Shown in pieces: positions 24,190 to 37,105 of a DNA stretch of 64,000 bases. The translations under genes and the position numbers were made by a program. Source of the DNA: Pristiophorus japonicus (Eukaryota); contig NC_091995.1 in the NCBI RefSeq assembly GCF_044704955.1, positions 49,662,001 to 49,726,000 on the forward strand. The letters run 5' to 3'. Each line of letters opens with the position of its first letter. The stretch's first letter is position 1. The notes beneath the pieces are model-generated. The model was not told where the DNA came from, did no database searches, and saw only the letters and a program-made list of their open reading frames with translations.

Positions 24190-25917
24190 GGAAGTGGCAG
24201 AGACGTTAAACAAATATTTTGTATTGGTCTTCACGGAAGAAGACACTAAAAACATCTCAACAGTGGATATTCAAGGGGCTAAAGGTAGGGAGGAACTTAA
24301 TACATCACTATCACTAATGAAGTAGTACTCGGTAAAATAATGGGACTAAAGGTGGTCAAGTCCCCTGGAAATGATGCCTTACATCCTAGGGTCATAAGAG
24401 AAGTGGCTGCAGCGATAGTGGATGCATTGGTTGTAATCTACCAAAATTCCCTGGATTCTGGGGAGGTCCCAGCAGATTGGAAAACCGAAAATGCAACACC
24501 CCTATTTAAAAAAGGAGGCAGACAAAAAGCAGGAAACTATAGACCAGTTCACCGAACATCTCTCGTTGGGAAAATGCTGGAGTCCATTATTAAGGAAGCA
24601 GTTGCGGGACATTTGGAAAAGCATGATTCAATCAAGCAGAGTCAGCATTGCTTTATGAAAGGGATATCATGTTTGACAAATTTGCTGGAGTTCTTTGAGG
24701 ATATAACGAGCAGGGTGACGAAGGGGGATCAATGAATGTGATGTATTTGGGTTTCCAGAAGGTGCCACGTAAGAGGTTACTGAACGAGATAAAAGCTCAT
24801 GGGGTTGGGATAATATTTTAGCATATATAGAGGATTGGCTCACTAACAGAAAACAGAGAGTCGGGATAAATGGGTCATTTTCCAGTTGGCAAACAGTGAC
24901 TAGTGGGGTGCCACAGGGATCGGTCCTCAACTATTTACAATCTATATTAATGACTTGGATGAAGGGACCGAGTGTAATGTAGCCACGTTTGCTGATGATA
25001 CAAAGATGGTTGGGAAAGCAACTTGTGAGGAGGACACAAAAAATCTGCAAAGGGATATGGACAGGCTAAGTGAGTGGGCAAAAATTTGGCAGATGGAGTA
25101 TAATGTGGGAAAATGTGAGGTTATCGACTTTGGCAGAAATAATAGAAAAGCAAATTATAACTTAACTGGAGAAAAATTGCAAAGTGCTACAGTACAGAGA
25201 GACCTGGGGATCCTTGTGCATGAAACACAAAAAGTTAGTATGCAGATACAGCAAGTAATCAGGAAGGCAAATGGAATGTAGGCCTTTATTGCAAGGGGAA
25301 TAGAGTATAAAAGCAGAGAAGTCCGACTACAAATGTACAGGGTATTGGTGAGGCCACACCTGGAGTACTGCGTACAGTTTAGGTCTCTGTATTTAAGGAA
25401 GGATATACTTGCATTGGAGGCTGTTCAGAGATGGTTCACTTGGTTGATTCCGGAGATGAGGGGGTTGACTTATGAAGATAGGTTGGGTAGGTTGGGCCTA
25501 TACTCATTGGAGTTCAAAAGAATGAGCGGTGATCTTATTGAGAGTTATAAAATAATGAGGGGGCTCGACAAGGTGGATGCAGAGAGGATATTTCCACTCA
25601 TAGGGGAAACTAAAACTAGGGTACATAGTCTTAGAATAAGGGGCCGCCCATTTAAAACTGAGATGAGGAGACATTTTTTCTGTGAGAGTTGTAAATCTGT
25701 GGAATTCTCTGCCCCAAAGAGCTATGGAGGCCGGGTCATTGAATATATTTATGGAGATAGACAGATTTTTGAGCGATAGGGGAGTAAAGGGTTATGGGGA
25801 GCAGGCAGGAAAATGGAGCTGGGCCCATGATCAGATTAGCCATGATCTTATTGAATGGCGGAGCAGGCTCGAGGAGCCAATTGGCCTACTCCTGCTCCTA
25901 TTTATTATGTTCCTATG
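24190..25917 (+). mobile_element. CR1 LINE, 5'-truncated
   Basis: KSPGND.LHPR, NYRPV, FADDT and C-terminal CR1 motifs; tail TATGTTCCTATG. Confidence 0.9.
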
Positions 25918-26425
25918 GTCTTCTGGATCAATTGTGTGTCACTTCGGAGCTAAATTAAAGACCTTTGGAGATCCTGGGACCAGGCACCACCCTCCTCCCC
26001 ATCACCACCTACAACACTGACAGACAGCAGGCTGTCCTTCTCCAGTCTGGGCCATCTTTGAGAAATCCCATCACAAACAGCAGCCAAACTAGGTAGGGAC
26101 GGCAGGTTCCCTTCCCTGAAGCACCTCAGTTAGTTTTTACGGCAAAGATTCACAAGGATGATACCAGAACTGCAAGTATATATCCATCAGTAAAGGTTGA
26201 ACAGGCTGGTGCTCTTTTCTCTCGAAAAGAGAAGGATGTGGGAAGGCCTTTAAGAATATCAAGGGGTTCAATAGAGTAGACGTTAAGAAGATGTACGAGT
26301 GGGGAGGGTCCAAAACTAGGTGCCATAATTATAAAGAAAGAACTTGCATTTATAAAGCATTGTTCACAACCTCAGGACATCCCAAAGCTCTTTACATCCA
26401 ATTAACTATTTAATGTCGGAACTAT

Positions 26426-29400
26426 TGGCCTCGAATTCCCGGCCTGCCAGGTCCGTATGGAGTGTGTACGAACCCGGGAAGGCATCGCAAAAGCATGCGC
26501 TGAAAACCGGCTTTTCCGATCTGTGAGCTGGAGCTTGACAGATCATCTGTATATCGGGAGCGAGGACATTTGCATGGACAAGATTGCGGTATTTACCATA
26601 TCTTGCCCAGCAAATGTCCTCAAAACTCTTGCGCCCGATAAAAGCAGGTGCATAACCTATTTCTACAGGCGTAAGAGTTTTAAAACATATAAAAACATAC
26701 AAAATAAAATTAAAAAACACATTTTATTTTTAAAAAGCCTGCCCATTACGTTAAATTTATTTTAAACCATAATTTTAAAAACTTTTTAAAAACTCGGAAA
26801 ATTTTTTCTCTAAGGTATTTATTAACTTTAATTTCAATTAATTTTAATTACGTGAGGTGTGTTTTTTATTTTTTATTTGGTATTGTGTTTGGGGTTTTTT
26901 TTCAATTACGGAGTTCCCATTGATATTAATTGAGAATATTTTACCTGATAGGCTGAGCAGTCACACATGACTGCATCTTCTGCGTGGGAACCTGGAGGAC
27001 GGGAACGTGTTTCGCAGCGCGAGAAGAGAAGGTATAGTATATGCAAACACTCTAATAACGACAAGGTAAGGATATAGTACTTGAACTGTAGTGACCTTAG
27101 TCCATTTATTGCAGCCCCTTGAGTGAAGACACAATGAGGTGAGCTCCCTTTTATACTTGGTTACCTGCGGTGTGCAGGTGATCCTTAGGTCTCCACCAGT
27201 AGCACCCTCTAGTGGTACAGGTATGGTGTATACAGTGTGAATATACATTCAGTGGTCCAGTGTTACAGTACATACATTAACATACACAACAACACTCCCT
27301 CCTAAGTCTTGTGCCACAGGCTTTTGCACTGTGTTCTCTGGCCCTCGACTTGAGTGCCCAAAGCCCTTGCACTTTGTCTTTGCTTGGGAATGGCTCTCTC
27401 CCTGTGGACCCCTAAATCCTTATTGCCATGACATTGGGAAGTGGTCAGCAGTGGACGGTTGGAGGTGTAGTGAGGGTTGTGTGGGTTCTGGGTGTGATCC
27501 ATTTCCCCCCGCCCCCCTCCCCCCCCCCCATGCATAGACCAAGTGTGTGGCTCAACACCTGCATTGGCATACATGTAGAGTGAGTGAGGAATCTGGTTGG
27601 TTGTGTCACTGTTTTTGAGTTCAGCAGTGGTGGAGCAAGTACATACATACATTATATTGTTTGGGTGGGTGAGGACATTTAGTGGTGGGCAGAACCACAG
27701 GGTGGTGTGGCCTCCCTGTCCTCCATTGAGGGCCGCAGGGCCACCCTGCTGCCCTTCATGGTGGTGGAAGTCTGGTCATCTCAGGTCCCGCCGGGAAAGC
27801 TGGAGGGTACTGGCCTCTTGCTCCCGGTGCTGGCCCTGGTGTCTACGGGGGGTAGGGCCGATCTGGGGCAGGTTGCCAGTGGTGGTGGCTGTGCCGTCCA
27901 TTGATCGCTGGCCCTGCAGTGGGTATGCTCCCAATGTGTGTGTGCACCCACCCTGGGACATCACATTGGTCCCGGAGGCTCAGGCTACATGATCAGTTAG
28001 CCCACTGGACCTGGGTGTTTCCCACGGGAGATTGCCTTTGGCATTGTCGGCATACATGTAGAACCCGGCATCATTTCTCATTTTATCATTAGCATTCATG
28101 ATACATTGGCTCCTACCGCAACCAGCCGACTCGACATTGTTATTTGTCTTTACACGTTCACATTTGTCCATTACAACACTTTCCTGTGTACTATCAGTAT
28201 CTCTGTGCAAGGTTATATTTGGGTACCTGCCTTTGTTAGTTACATTTGTCTCATTAGCATTACCAGCATCACTGTTTAACAGTACGAATTTGTCACTTAC
28301 ATCACTTTTTTGAGTACTATCAGCATTTCTGTGCAAGGTTACATTTGGATACCTGTCTTTGTAAGTTACATTTTTCTCATTAGCATTACCAGCATCACCG
28401 TTCAACAGTACATTTATATACTTGCATTCATTAATTACACTTTTATCATTAGTGTCACCTGCATCGCTGTACCAAGAGTGGACCTGTCCCTTTAATTGTC
28501 TTGGGTTGCCGGTCTCCTTTAAGAGGGCCTTGCAATCTTTACCCCAATCCGGTTCACTGCTCAGCATCACGTGTTGCTCCCTCAACGCTGCCCCTCGTGG
28601 TCTGGTCGTGGCCATCTTGATTTCACGTGCGGGCGCCATCTTCTTTCTCTCCAAGAGGTAGGCTGCGGTGACCCTTTTCTCCCCAGGTTCTGCCACGGAC
28701 GCCAATCTTCTTCGCTCTGAGGCCTGCCACTGGAGCCCGGAAGGTGAGGTCTGGTCGTTCAGGTTGGATCATCTCATAGTTGAGTTGTGCAGTCTGTGTC
28801 ATTGCCACACAGTCAAGCTGGATGGTAGGATTTCCAGGTGCTGCGATGGATCCAAGTTTGGGGCCGCGTAGGACGTTGATCGCTGGGGCCTAGAGGCTTT
28901 CCCCGCTCCAACAGATTTGGATTTGCTTCATCCATCTTCCCAGCAGCGATGGACCATCACCGGCAACAATCCACAAAGGAAGCTTATGCATCGCGCCGCC
29001 ATAGGACACCTGGACATCTACGCTGCCAACGACTGGGATGGTGTCTTTTGTGTAAGTGAGCAACTTCGCCTGGATTGGAAACATTTTGGGTCATTTGGCA
29101 GGATTGTCCCAGACTTTCTCGAAAGCCATCTGCTTCATCAGCGATTGGCTCACCCCTGTGCGAATCTCCATCGAGACTGGAACACTGTTGATTTCTACTT
29201 CCATTTTCTATGGGGAACTCTCGGTGGAGCAGGTATACAGTCCGTACACCTCTTTCAGGGGCTGAATCGCTTCGTCTTCATCACCTCTGGAGCCCTGGTG
29301 ATCAGCCAACTCATCAACAACTTGGTGAGTAAAATTTCTTCTACACATTCGCTGGAGATGACCTTTAGTGTTACAGCCTTTGCGGTATAGTCTTTGTATC

Positions 29401-30514
29401 GGCACTGGTGGGCCCTGTGGTTTCCTCCACAACGCCAGCACGGGGCTAGCCGGTTGGCCCCATGTGGCGGATTCAAGGTTGCGGGACTCGGGGCAGCAGC
29501 CATGCCTCTGAAAGGCACCATTCGGTTCACTGTACTCGTCGGGTTAGAGTCCTGGGGGTGAGTCACCATCCTCTTGGAGTTGCAGACCGAAATCATGAAT
29601 GCCTGGCTTACTTTGATTGCCTTCTGCAGGGTGACCGAAGTGTCCGCAGAGAGCAGCTTGTGGAGGAGGCCCTCGTGGCCGATTCCAATAACGAAGATGT
29701 TCCTGTGCTTTGGTGAGGTGGTCGCCAAAATCACACGGTGCAGCCAATCTTCTCAGGTCTGCAGCTTATTTAGCAATTTCTTGGCCTTCGGGCCGCCGGT
29801 GGGTGTAGAACCGATGTCTGGCTGTGAGGATGCTCTCTTTAGGTTTGAGTTGTTCTTGTATTATAGTTACGAGCTCCGCATAAGTCTTGGTTGTCATCTT
29901 CGCCGGGACTAGCAGGTCCCTGATGAGGTCGTAGACGTTGGGCCTACAACTGCTGAGCAGGATGGCTCTGCGCTTATCCGCCAGCGAGGTCGGTGTGTCT
30001 CCAGCCAGGCCATTCGCGATGAAAAAGTGTTCGAGCCTTTCTACAAAGGCATCCCAATCTTCCCCATCAGTGAATTGTTGGAAGTTGCTTAGGTTAGACA
30101 TGTTGTGCGTGGAAATTCGTAACCTCGTCGCCAGTTGTAGTATATGCAAGCACTCTAATAACGACTCCACAAGGTAAGGGTTTAGTACCTGAACTGTAAT
30201 GACCTTAGTCCATTTATTGCAGCTCCTTGAGTGAGGACACAATGAGGGGAGCTTCCTTTTATACTTGGTTATCTGCAGTGTACAGGTGACCCTTAGGTCT
30301 CCACCAGTAGCACCCTCTGGTGGTACAGGTATGGTGTATACAGTGCGAAGGTGCATTCAGTGGTCTAGTGTTACAGTACATACGTTAACATACATAACAG
30401 AAGGCCTCCCCAACAGAATTCCACGCTCCTCCGGGACCACTAGGTACTTTCGGAAAAATTGGCCGATTGGAGGCGTTTGTCTGAAAGAAGCCTCCGACCG
30501 GAATTTCAGGGCCA
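26426..30514. mobile_element. PIF/Harbinger-type MITE split by LTR element B
   Basis: Imperfect TIRs TGGCCTCGAATTCC (26426) and GGAATTTCAGGGCCA (30500-30514); non-coding, AT-rich interior. Confidence 0.55.
27033..30399 (-). mobile_element. Non-autonomous Gypsy-type LTR element B (Gag-PR, no RT/IN)
   Basis: LTRs 30136-30399 and 27033-27291; perfect 5-bp TSD GAAGG; PBS TGGCGACGAG; PPT GGAGGGAGTGT. Gag ATG at 30101, CWRCGGNHRAHQC knuckle, degenerate protease MEIRTGVSQS. Confidence 0.92.
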
Positions 30515-30694
30515 GTAATGTAAGATGGTCACTAATATATTAAATAGGGAATTCATGGGAAATGTCTTTATCCGGAGAGTGGTGAGAATGTGGAATTCGA
30601 TACCACAGAGACTGGTTGAGGCAAATAGCATGGATGGATTTAAGGGGAAGTTAGATAAACACATGAGGGAGAAAGGAATTGAATGATATGTTGA

Positions 30695-33550
30695 GATAAG
30701 AACATAAGAAATAGGGGCAGTAAGCCATCCAGCCCCTCGAGCCTGCTCCGCCATTTAATACGATCATGGCTGATCCGATCATGGACTCAGGTTCACTTTG
30801 CTGCCCGCTCCCCATAACCTCGGATTCCCTTATCGGTTAAGAAACTGTTGATCTCTGTCTTAAATTTATTCAATGTACCCAGCTTCCACAGCTCTCTGAG
30901 GCAGCGAATTCCACATATTTACAATCCCCCGAGAGAAGAAATTCCTCATCTCAGTTTTAAATGGGCGGCCCCTTATTCTTTGCCCACTCACTTAGCCTCT
31001 CTAGGTCTTTTTGCAGGTGTTTTGTGTCCTCCTCACACATTGCTTTTCCTCCCATCTTTGTATCATCAGCAAACGTGGCTACATTACACTTGGTCTCTTC
31101 ATCCAAGTCATTAATATAGATTGTAAATAGTTGGGGTCCCAGCATTGGTCTCTGCGGCACCCCACTAGTTACTGATTGCCAACCCTAGAATGAAGCATTT
31201 ATCCCGACACTCTGTTTTCTGTCAGTTAGCCAATCCTCTATCCATGCTAATATATTACCCCCAACCCTGTGAACTTTTATCTTGTGCAGTAACCTTTTAT
31301 GTGGCACCTTGTCAAATGCCTTTTGGAAGTCCAAATGCACCACATCCACTGGTTCCTCTTTATCTACCCTGTTCGTTACATCCTCAAAGAATTCCAGCAA
31401 ATTTATCAAACATGACTTCCCCTTCATAAATCCACGCTGACTCTGCCTGACTGAACTTTACTTTTCCAAATGTCCTGCTACTGCTTCTTTAAAAATGACT
31501 CCTCCAACATTTTCCCAACCACAGATGTTAGGCTAACTGGTCTATAGTTTCCCACTTTTTGTCTGCCTCCTTTTTTAAATAGGGACGTTACTTTTGCAGT
31601 TTTACAATCTGCTGGGACCTCCCCAGAATCCAGGGAATTTTGGTAAATTACAACCAATGCATCCACTATCTCTGCTGCTACTTTCTTAAGACCCTAGGAT
31701 GCAAGCCATCAGGTCCAGGGGATTTATCCGCCTTTCGTCCCATTATCCTACTGAGTACTACCTCCTTAGTGATTATGATTGTGGTAAGTTCCTCCCCCCC
31801 TGATAGCCCCTTGACTATCCACTGTTGGGATATTGTTAGTGTCCTCTACCGTAAAGACTGATACAAAATATTTGTTCAGAGTTTCTGCCATCTCCATGTT
31901 CCCCATCACTAATTTCCCGGTTTCGTCATCTAAGGGTCCAACATTTACTTTAGCCACCCTTTTCCTTTTTATATACCTGTAGAAACTCTTGCTATCTGTT
32001 TTTATATTTCATGCTAGTTTACTTTCATAGTCTATCTTCCCTTTCTGAATCATTTTTTAGTCATTCTTTGCTGGCTTTTAAAAGCTTCCCAATCTTCTGT
32101 CCTCCCACTAGTTTTGGCCACTTTGTATGCCCTTGTTTTTAATTGGATACCATCCTTTATTTCTTTATGGATGGCTATCTTTTCTTTTACACCCTTTCCT
32201 CCTCACTGGAATATATTTTTCTTGAGAGTTATGAAATATCTCCTTAAATGTACGCCATTGTTCATCAACCATCCGACACTTTAATCTATTTTCCCAGTCC
32301 ACTTTAGCTAACTTTGCCCTCATAGCTTTGTAGTCTCCTTTATTTAAGCTTAGTACGCTGGTTTGAGATCCAACTTTCTCGTCCTCCATCTGAATTTGAA
32401 ATTCAACCATGCTATGATCACTCATTCCAAGGGGATCCTTTACTCGGAGATTGGTTATTACTCCTGTCTCATTACACAGGACCAGATCTAAGATAGCCTG
32501 CCCCCTGGTTGGTTCCGTTACATATTGCTTAAGGAACCCATCCCTTATGCACTCTATGGAATCTTCCTCAAGGCTACCCTGACCAATTTGATTTGTCCAA
32601 TAAATATAGAGGTTAAAATCACCCATAATTATTGCTGTTCCATTTTTACAAGCCCCCACTATTTCTTGGTTTATACTCCGACCAACAGAGTTACTACTGT
32701 TAGGGGGCCTATAGACTACGCCCACCAGTGACTTTTCCCCTTATTATTCCTTATCTCCACCCAAACTGTTTCAACATCCTGATTATTTGAGCCAATATCG
32801 TTTTTCACAATTGCATTGATTCCATCCTTTATCACAGAGCTACCCCACCTCCTTTTCCTTTCTGCCTGTCCTTCCGAATTGTCAAATACCCCTGAATATT
32901 TCGTTCCCAGTCCTGGTCACCTTGCAACCACGTCTCTGTAATGGCTATCAGATCATAACCATTTGTATTTATTTGTGCTGTCAACTCATCTATTTTGTGC
33001 ATTTAGACAAAGAGCTTTTAAATTTGTTTTTTTTACCTCTTTTTTTTTTCTGCTTTGTTCCTCTGTCCTTCAAACTTACTTTCTTCATTTTTGCTTTCTA
33101 ATTCCAGCTTTATTCACTTCTCTACTGAATCTATCCTCAGGTTCCCATCCCCCTGCCAAGCTACTTTAAACCCTCCCCAACAGCACTAGCAAACCTCCCC
33201 GCGAGGATATTGTCCTGGCTCTGTTAAGGTACAACCCTTCCGACTTGTACAGGTCCCATCTCCGCCAGTAGCGGTCCCAATACCTCAGGAAACTAAAGCC
33301 CTCCCTCCTACACCATCTCTCCAGCCATGCATTCATCTGCCCTATCCTCATATTCCTGTACTCACTAGCTCCTGACACTGGGAGTAACCTGAAGATTACT
33401 ACCTTTTGAGGTCCTGGTTTTTAATCTCTCTCCTCGCTCCCTAAACCCTGCCTGCAGGACCTCATCCCTCTTTCTATCTATGTCATTGGTCCCAATATGG
33501 ACCACAACCTCGGGCTGTTCACCCTTTTCCCCCCAGAATGCCCTGCAGCC
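30695..33550 (-). mobile_element. CR1 LINE with internal deletions (ORF1 esterase end, endonuclease, RT, 3' end)
   Basis: VVVHIGTNDI, YRPPNS..MGDFN, NYRPVSLTS, LDFQKAFDKVPH and FADDT motifs. Confidence 0.9.
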
Positions 33551-33719
33551 GGATGAAGGGATGGGAGGAGGCGCATGTGGAGTATAAATACCGGCAAGGA
33601 CCTGTTGGGCCAAATGGCCTGTTTCAGTGCTGTACATTGTATGTGAGCTGACCGATTTCCTGAATGTTGTTGCTTATGCCAGTGCACCAGATTTATTCTG
33701 CTCAATTACACAACTTGTC

Positions 33720-34915
33720 ATTTAGTCATAGATATTTACAGCACAGGAGGAGACCTTTCAGCCCATTGTGTCTGTGCTGAATGAAAAAGAACTATTCAGC
33801 CTAATCCCAGTTTTCAGCTTTTGGTCCAGAGTCTTGTAGGTTATGACAATTCAAGTACATATCCAAGTGCTTTTTAAATGTGGTGAGCGTTTCTGCCTCT
33901 ACCATGCTTTCAGGCAGTGAGTTGCAGATCTCCACCACCCGCTGCGTGAAAGTAATTCTCCTCAACTCCCCTCTAATCCTTCTACCAATTACCTAAAATA
34001 TATGTTCCCTTAACCTTCCTGCTAAGGGAAATAGGTGCTTCCTATCCATTCTATTCAGGTCTCAAATTAAGTCTCCCCTCAGCCGCCTCTGTTCCAAAGG
34101 AAACAACCCCAAAATATCCAATCTTTCCTCATAGCTAAAATTCTCCAGTCCAGGCAACATCCTCGTCAATCTCCTCTGTACCCCCTCATGCAATCATATC
34201 TTTCCTGTAATGTGCTGACCAGAACTGTATGCAGAATTCTAGCTGTGGCCTACAGTTTTATACAGTTCGAGCATTAGCTCCCTTCTCTTATATTATATTC
34301 TATTCGAAGTCTAATAAAGAACTGTATCCAGTGTGCCTTTTGAACCACCTTATCGACCTGTCCTGCTACCTTCAGGGATCTGTGGACATGCATTCCATGC
34401 ATTTCTCTACACTTCTCAGTATCCTACCATTTATTGAGTATTCCGTTGCCTTGTTAGACCTCCCCAAATGCATTACCTCACACTTCTCTGGATTGAATTC
34501 CCTTTGCCACTTTTCTGCTCATCTAACCAGTCCATTCATATCTTCCTGCAGTCCACAGCTTTCTTCCTAACTATCAACCACACGACACGGCTATTTCTGT
34601 ATTATCTGGCAACTTCTTAATCATGCCCCCTACATTGAACTCCAAATCATTGATGTATACCACAAAAAGTAAATGATCTAGTACTGAGCCCTGTGGATTC
34701 TCACTGGAAGCAGGCTTCCAATCACAAAACCAGCAGTCGACCATTACCATTTGCTTCCTACTTCTGAGCCAATTTTGGATCCAACTTGCCACCTTCCCTT
34801 GGGTCCCATGGGCTTTTACTTTTCAGACCAGTCTGCCATGTGTGACCTTGTGAAAGCCTTGTTAACATCCATGTAAATGCGCTACCCACATCGACCCTCC
34901 ATGTTACCTCCTCAT
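33720..34915 (-). mobile_element. Older CR1 RT/3' fragment
   Basis: WIQNWL..PQGSVL..YINDL peptide, degenerate. Confidence 0.75.
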
Positions 34916-35254
34916 GTTGGGATTTGAGCTTGCAACCTCTGGGTTACTAGTCCTGGACCAGAACCAGTTCCTTCCTGTACCTGGTGGTGCCATCAGAGAG
35001 GTCTCCACTATCACAACACTGCAAATCCTTTCAGACAGGGGCAGGGCCTTCAACTTCTGCCCGGTGCAAGAATCATGCAGTGGAGTATGAAGGATGATCC
35101 TTTATTAGAAGGTCAGGATTTGCATCAGCAGAAAAAGGCTCACTGTCCCACACACACAAATAAACATATCACCTGCAATCCCAAAACAATTCCGCTGCTG
35201 CTGATGGCTCACAGCGCCTCATGGATGCCTAGTTTTGAGCTGCTAGATCCCCAC

Positions 35255-35935
35255 CATTAACATCCTGGAGGTCACCATTGATCAGAAACTTAACTGGACC
35301 AACCACATAAATACTGTGGTAACAAGAGCAGGTCATAGGCTGCGTGTTCTATGGTGAGTGCCTCACCTCCTGACTCCCCAAAGCCTTTGCACGATCTACA
35401 AGGCACAAGTCAGGAGTGTGATGGAATACTCTTCACTTGCCTGGATGAGTGCAGCTCCAACAACGCTCAAGAAGCTCGACACCATCCAGGACCAAGCAGC
35501 CCATGTGATTGGTACCCCAACCACCACCTTAAACATTCACTCCTTCCACCACCGGCGCACCATGGCTGCAGTGTGCACCATCTACAAGATGCACTGCAGC
35601 AACTCGCCAAGGCTTCTTCAGCAGCATCTCCCAAATCCGCGACCTATACCATCTAGAAGGACAAAGGCAGCAGGCGCATGGGAACACCACCACCTCCAAG
35701 TTCCCCTCCAAGTCACACACCATCCTGACTTGGGAGTATATCGCAGTTACCTCATGTCACTGGGTCAAAATCCTGGAACTCCTTTCCTAACAACACTGTG
35801 GGAGAACCTTCACCACAAGGACCACAGTGGTTCAAGAAGCCAGCTCACCACCATCCTCTCATGGGCTTTTAGGGATGGGCAATAAATGCTGGCCTGCCAG
35901 CGATGCCTACATCCCAGGAACAAATAAAAAAAAAA
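35255..35935 (+). mobile_element. CR1-group (Crack/Daphne-like) LINE 3' end
   Basis: TIYKAQVRSVMEYS.LAW..LDTIQD peptide; tail GGGATGGGCAATAAATGCTGGCC..poly(A). Confidence 0.7.
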
Positions 35936-36035
35936 GTTTGCCAACCTGAAAATGACCCATTTATCTCGACTCTCTGTTTTCTGTTAGCCAATCTTCCATC
36001 CATGCTATATATTACACCCAACACTATGAGTTCTT

Positions 36036-36749
36036 GGGGCCGAAATTGCCCCCGACTGAAAGTAGGCGCACCTATCGTTTCTGAAGATTTTTCTCTGCGT
36101 CAACCATGGGGCGGAGAGTGGAGCACCATTGAGGACTTTAAAATACATTTCATCTCCAGGCGGTGTTCAGGTCAGCTGCGAGGTGGAAGTGCGTGTGGAG
36201 CGTGTCGGACGTCGGTATGTGCCATCATGCCGTGCTGATAACGTCAGCGCCTGCTCCTTCAGGAGAGGGCCGCAGCGAACTCTGCATTAGCTTCAGTGGC
36301 ACCCACTGGGCCACCAGGGTGGGTTACGGCCAGGCCGGTGGCCCGGCACCCAGAAGGGGGTGCTGGGCTGAAGGCTGGCAGCCCGGCCGAACCCATGGCC
36401 ACCAATGTCGGGCCAGCCTTGAAGTCAGCCGAAAATGAACATAAAATGGTGGCCGAGGCAGTGCACCCTCACCTTTAAGGGCTGACACGCCGCCCAGGCA
36501 CACACAGCTTCCCACAGGGGAAAGCTGTCGGGGGCATCGACCGGCAGCCGATCTGCTCCCATGGGGCAATTTCATCCGCGGGTTGAAAGGGGTCATCGCC
36601 GGTCAGAAGGGGGTCGGCACGTGCCCGAGGGAGCGGCAATACGTGGGGACAATTTAGAGTCGGCCCATCTGCCTGCTCCCGGTCGGTGAGGCGTATCCGC
36701 TCCATTAGAGGCGGTAATGGACCTTAAGGAGGATGGCAATTTCGGTCCC
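36036..36749. mobile_element. PIF/Harbinger-type MITE
   Basis: 15-bp TIRs GGGGCCGAAATTGCC / GGCAATTTCGGTCCC; 3-bp TSD CTT. Confidence 0.75.
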
Positions 36750-37105
36750 CTTATATTGTGCAGTAATCTTTTATGTGGCACCTTATCGAATGCCTTTTGG
36801 AAATCCAAATACACCACATCCACTGGTTCCCCTTTATCCATCCTGCTCATTCCATCCTCAAAGTGCTCGAATAAATTTGTCAAGCACAATTTCCCTTTCA
36901 TAAAACCATGTTGACTCTGCTTGATTGTATTATGATTTTCTAAATGTTCAGCTACTACTTTCTTAATAATGAATTCCAGCATTTTCCCAACGACAGATGT
37001 TAGGCAAACTGGTCTATATTTTGGTGCTTTCTGTTTTCCTTCTTTCTTGAATAGAGGCGTTACATTTACGGTTTTCCAATCTGCTGCGACATTTCCAGAA
37101 TCTGG

